NCBI GenBank assembly: GCA_024231025.1
Contig: JAAEQW010000309.1
Coordinates: 1-59,545 of the forward strand
Length of the DNA: 59,545 nt
Origin: Candidatus Omnitrophota bacterium
GTDB taxonomy: Bacteria; Omnitrophota; Gorgyraeia; Duberdicusellales; 4484-171
Direction of reading: 5' to 3'
Part shown: positions 58,662 through 59,545 of the stretch, one piece after another
Layout of the letters: each line of letters opens with the position of its first letter
How positions within the stretch are numbered: position 1 is the first letter of the stretch
Notes under the pieces: generated by a model
Database searches by the model: none
What the model was told of the DNA's origin: nothing
Seen by the model: only the letters and a program-made list of their open reading frames with translations
Program-made: the position numbers and the translations under genes

Positions 58662-59523
58662 GGGCTTACTTTTTTTAAATATGCTGGGTATTGAAGCAAA
58701 AAAAATCAAAAAGATTCTTAGCGCATTCAAGGACCCCAATGCCATAATTACCCCTACTGCGAGTAGTTTGAAAAAAATACCTTTGTTAACTACCAAAGAT
58801 ATTGAAAAGATTACCAATAAACAAGCTTTTTTTGCGCTAGAAAGAGAATTGGAGCTCATTAAAAAACATAATATCGATGTGATTGATATTTTAAACAGCG
58901 ATTATCCCAAGCTTTTACGCGAAATCGCGCATCCACCAATCGTTTTATACCTAAAAGGTAGTCGTAACATCTTAAAAGATCCTCAAATGGGGATTGTCGG
59001 GTCAAGAACATCTACAGAATATGGCATATCTACCGCTTTTAAGTTTGCGAAAGAACTTTCAGACGCCGGCTTAGTCGTTACGTCTGGATTGGCACGTGGC
59101 ATTGATACCGCTGCCCACAAAGGGGCGTTAGCTAATAAAACAATCGCGGTGCTCGGCAGTGGGATTCTTAACATATATCCACCCGAAAACAGACTACTGG
59201 CTCAGGAAATTTCTCGCAATGGAGCGATAATTTCTGAATTCCCGTTATTAACATCGCCGGCCAGAGAAAATTTTCCGCGCAGAAATCGAATTATCAGTGG
59301 TCTATCAATTGGCTTATTGGTTGTTGAGGCAGCAGAAAGAAGCGGTGCGCTAATTACTGCCAATTTTGCTTTAGAGCAAAATCGCGATGTTTTTGCAGTA
59401 CCTGGAAAAACCAATTCAAGTCAAAGCAAAGGCACAAATTCGCTCATAAAAGATGGTGCAAAATTAGTTGATTCAATTGAAGATATATTATCTGAGCTAA
59501 ATATTAACCTTGCAATGGAGTAA
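58651..59523 (+). CDS. dprA: DNA processing protein DprA (no C-terminal winged helix)
   Basis: YP.LL.EI..PP..LY..G, IVGSR, SGLARGID..AH, FPRRNRIISG, SGALITA. Confidence 0.95.
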   Translation: MINKGLLFLNMLGIEAKKIKKILSAFKDPNAIITPTASSLKKIPLLTTKDIEKITNKQAFFALERELELIKKHNIDVIDILNSDYPKLLREIAHPPIVLYLKGSRNILKDPQMGIVGSRTSTEYGISTAFKFAKELSDAGLVVTSGLARGIDTAAHKGALANKTIAVLGSGILNIYPPENRLLAQEISRNGAIISEFPLLTSPARENFPRRNRIISGLSIGLLVVEAAERSGALITANFALEQNRDVFAVPGKTNSSQSKGTNSLIKDGAKLVDSIEDILSELNINLAME

Positions 59524-59527
59524 CACT

Positions 59528-59545
59528 ATGGAAAAATCTAAAAAG
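59528..59545 (+). CDS. Start of the next gene (MEKSKK...), truncated by the window; topA commonly follows dprA
   Basis: ATG 4 nt after the dprA stop with GGAG upstream; only 6 codons are visible. Confidence 0.3.

Noticed and set aside
839-59414. Numerous short antisense or alternate-frame ORFs (for example 3787..4332, 19343..19738, 33825..34247, 57556..57975)
   Set aside because: They lie within well-supported genes and show no recognisable motifs; treated as shadow ORFs.

Overview
AT-rich bacterial chromosomal window. Candidatus Omnitrophota is my best guess for the lineage, inferred from gene content and a characteristic large hypothetical protein; it is not verified. Housekeeping blocks are ruvA-scpB-metK-ahcY-pfkA-fba, ilvD, mreBCD-mrdA-rodA-radical SAM pair, tRNA-Thr(CGT)-MFS-rnfCDGEAB-rseC-purN, an ftsH-like gene divergent from hflKC-purU, pagL-like-argA-like-acyl-CoA dehydrogenase, and aroK-dprA. 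The main candidate for an undescribed system is a ~12.5-kb accessory island (15.7-28.2 kb). It encodes a type II PKS/FAS-like module (catalytically dead KS/chain-length factor, KR, ACP, DH, active KS), a PP-loop ATPase, a cyanobacterial-type acyl-ACP reductase homolog, a nitroreductase and a CrtI-like oxidoreductase. Two paralogous multi-TM sensor kinases bracket it, and a decayed REP/RAYT element sits at its left edge. This suggests a lipid/polyene-aldehyde 'make-and-sense' signalling system. Other notable items: a polyamine operon with two pyruvoyl decarboxylases and an overlapping uORF one G out of frame with speD; a sugar ABC/GH-A/carbohydrate-binding locus; a ~1160-aa protein with a prepilin-like N-terminus and HExxH motif, flanked by identical 28-bp palindromic repeats; and several intergenic heptamer-repeat hairpins.
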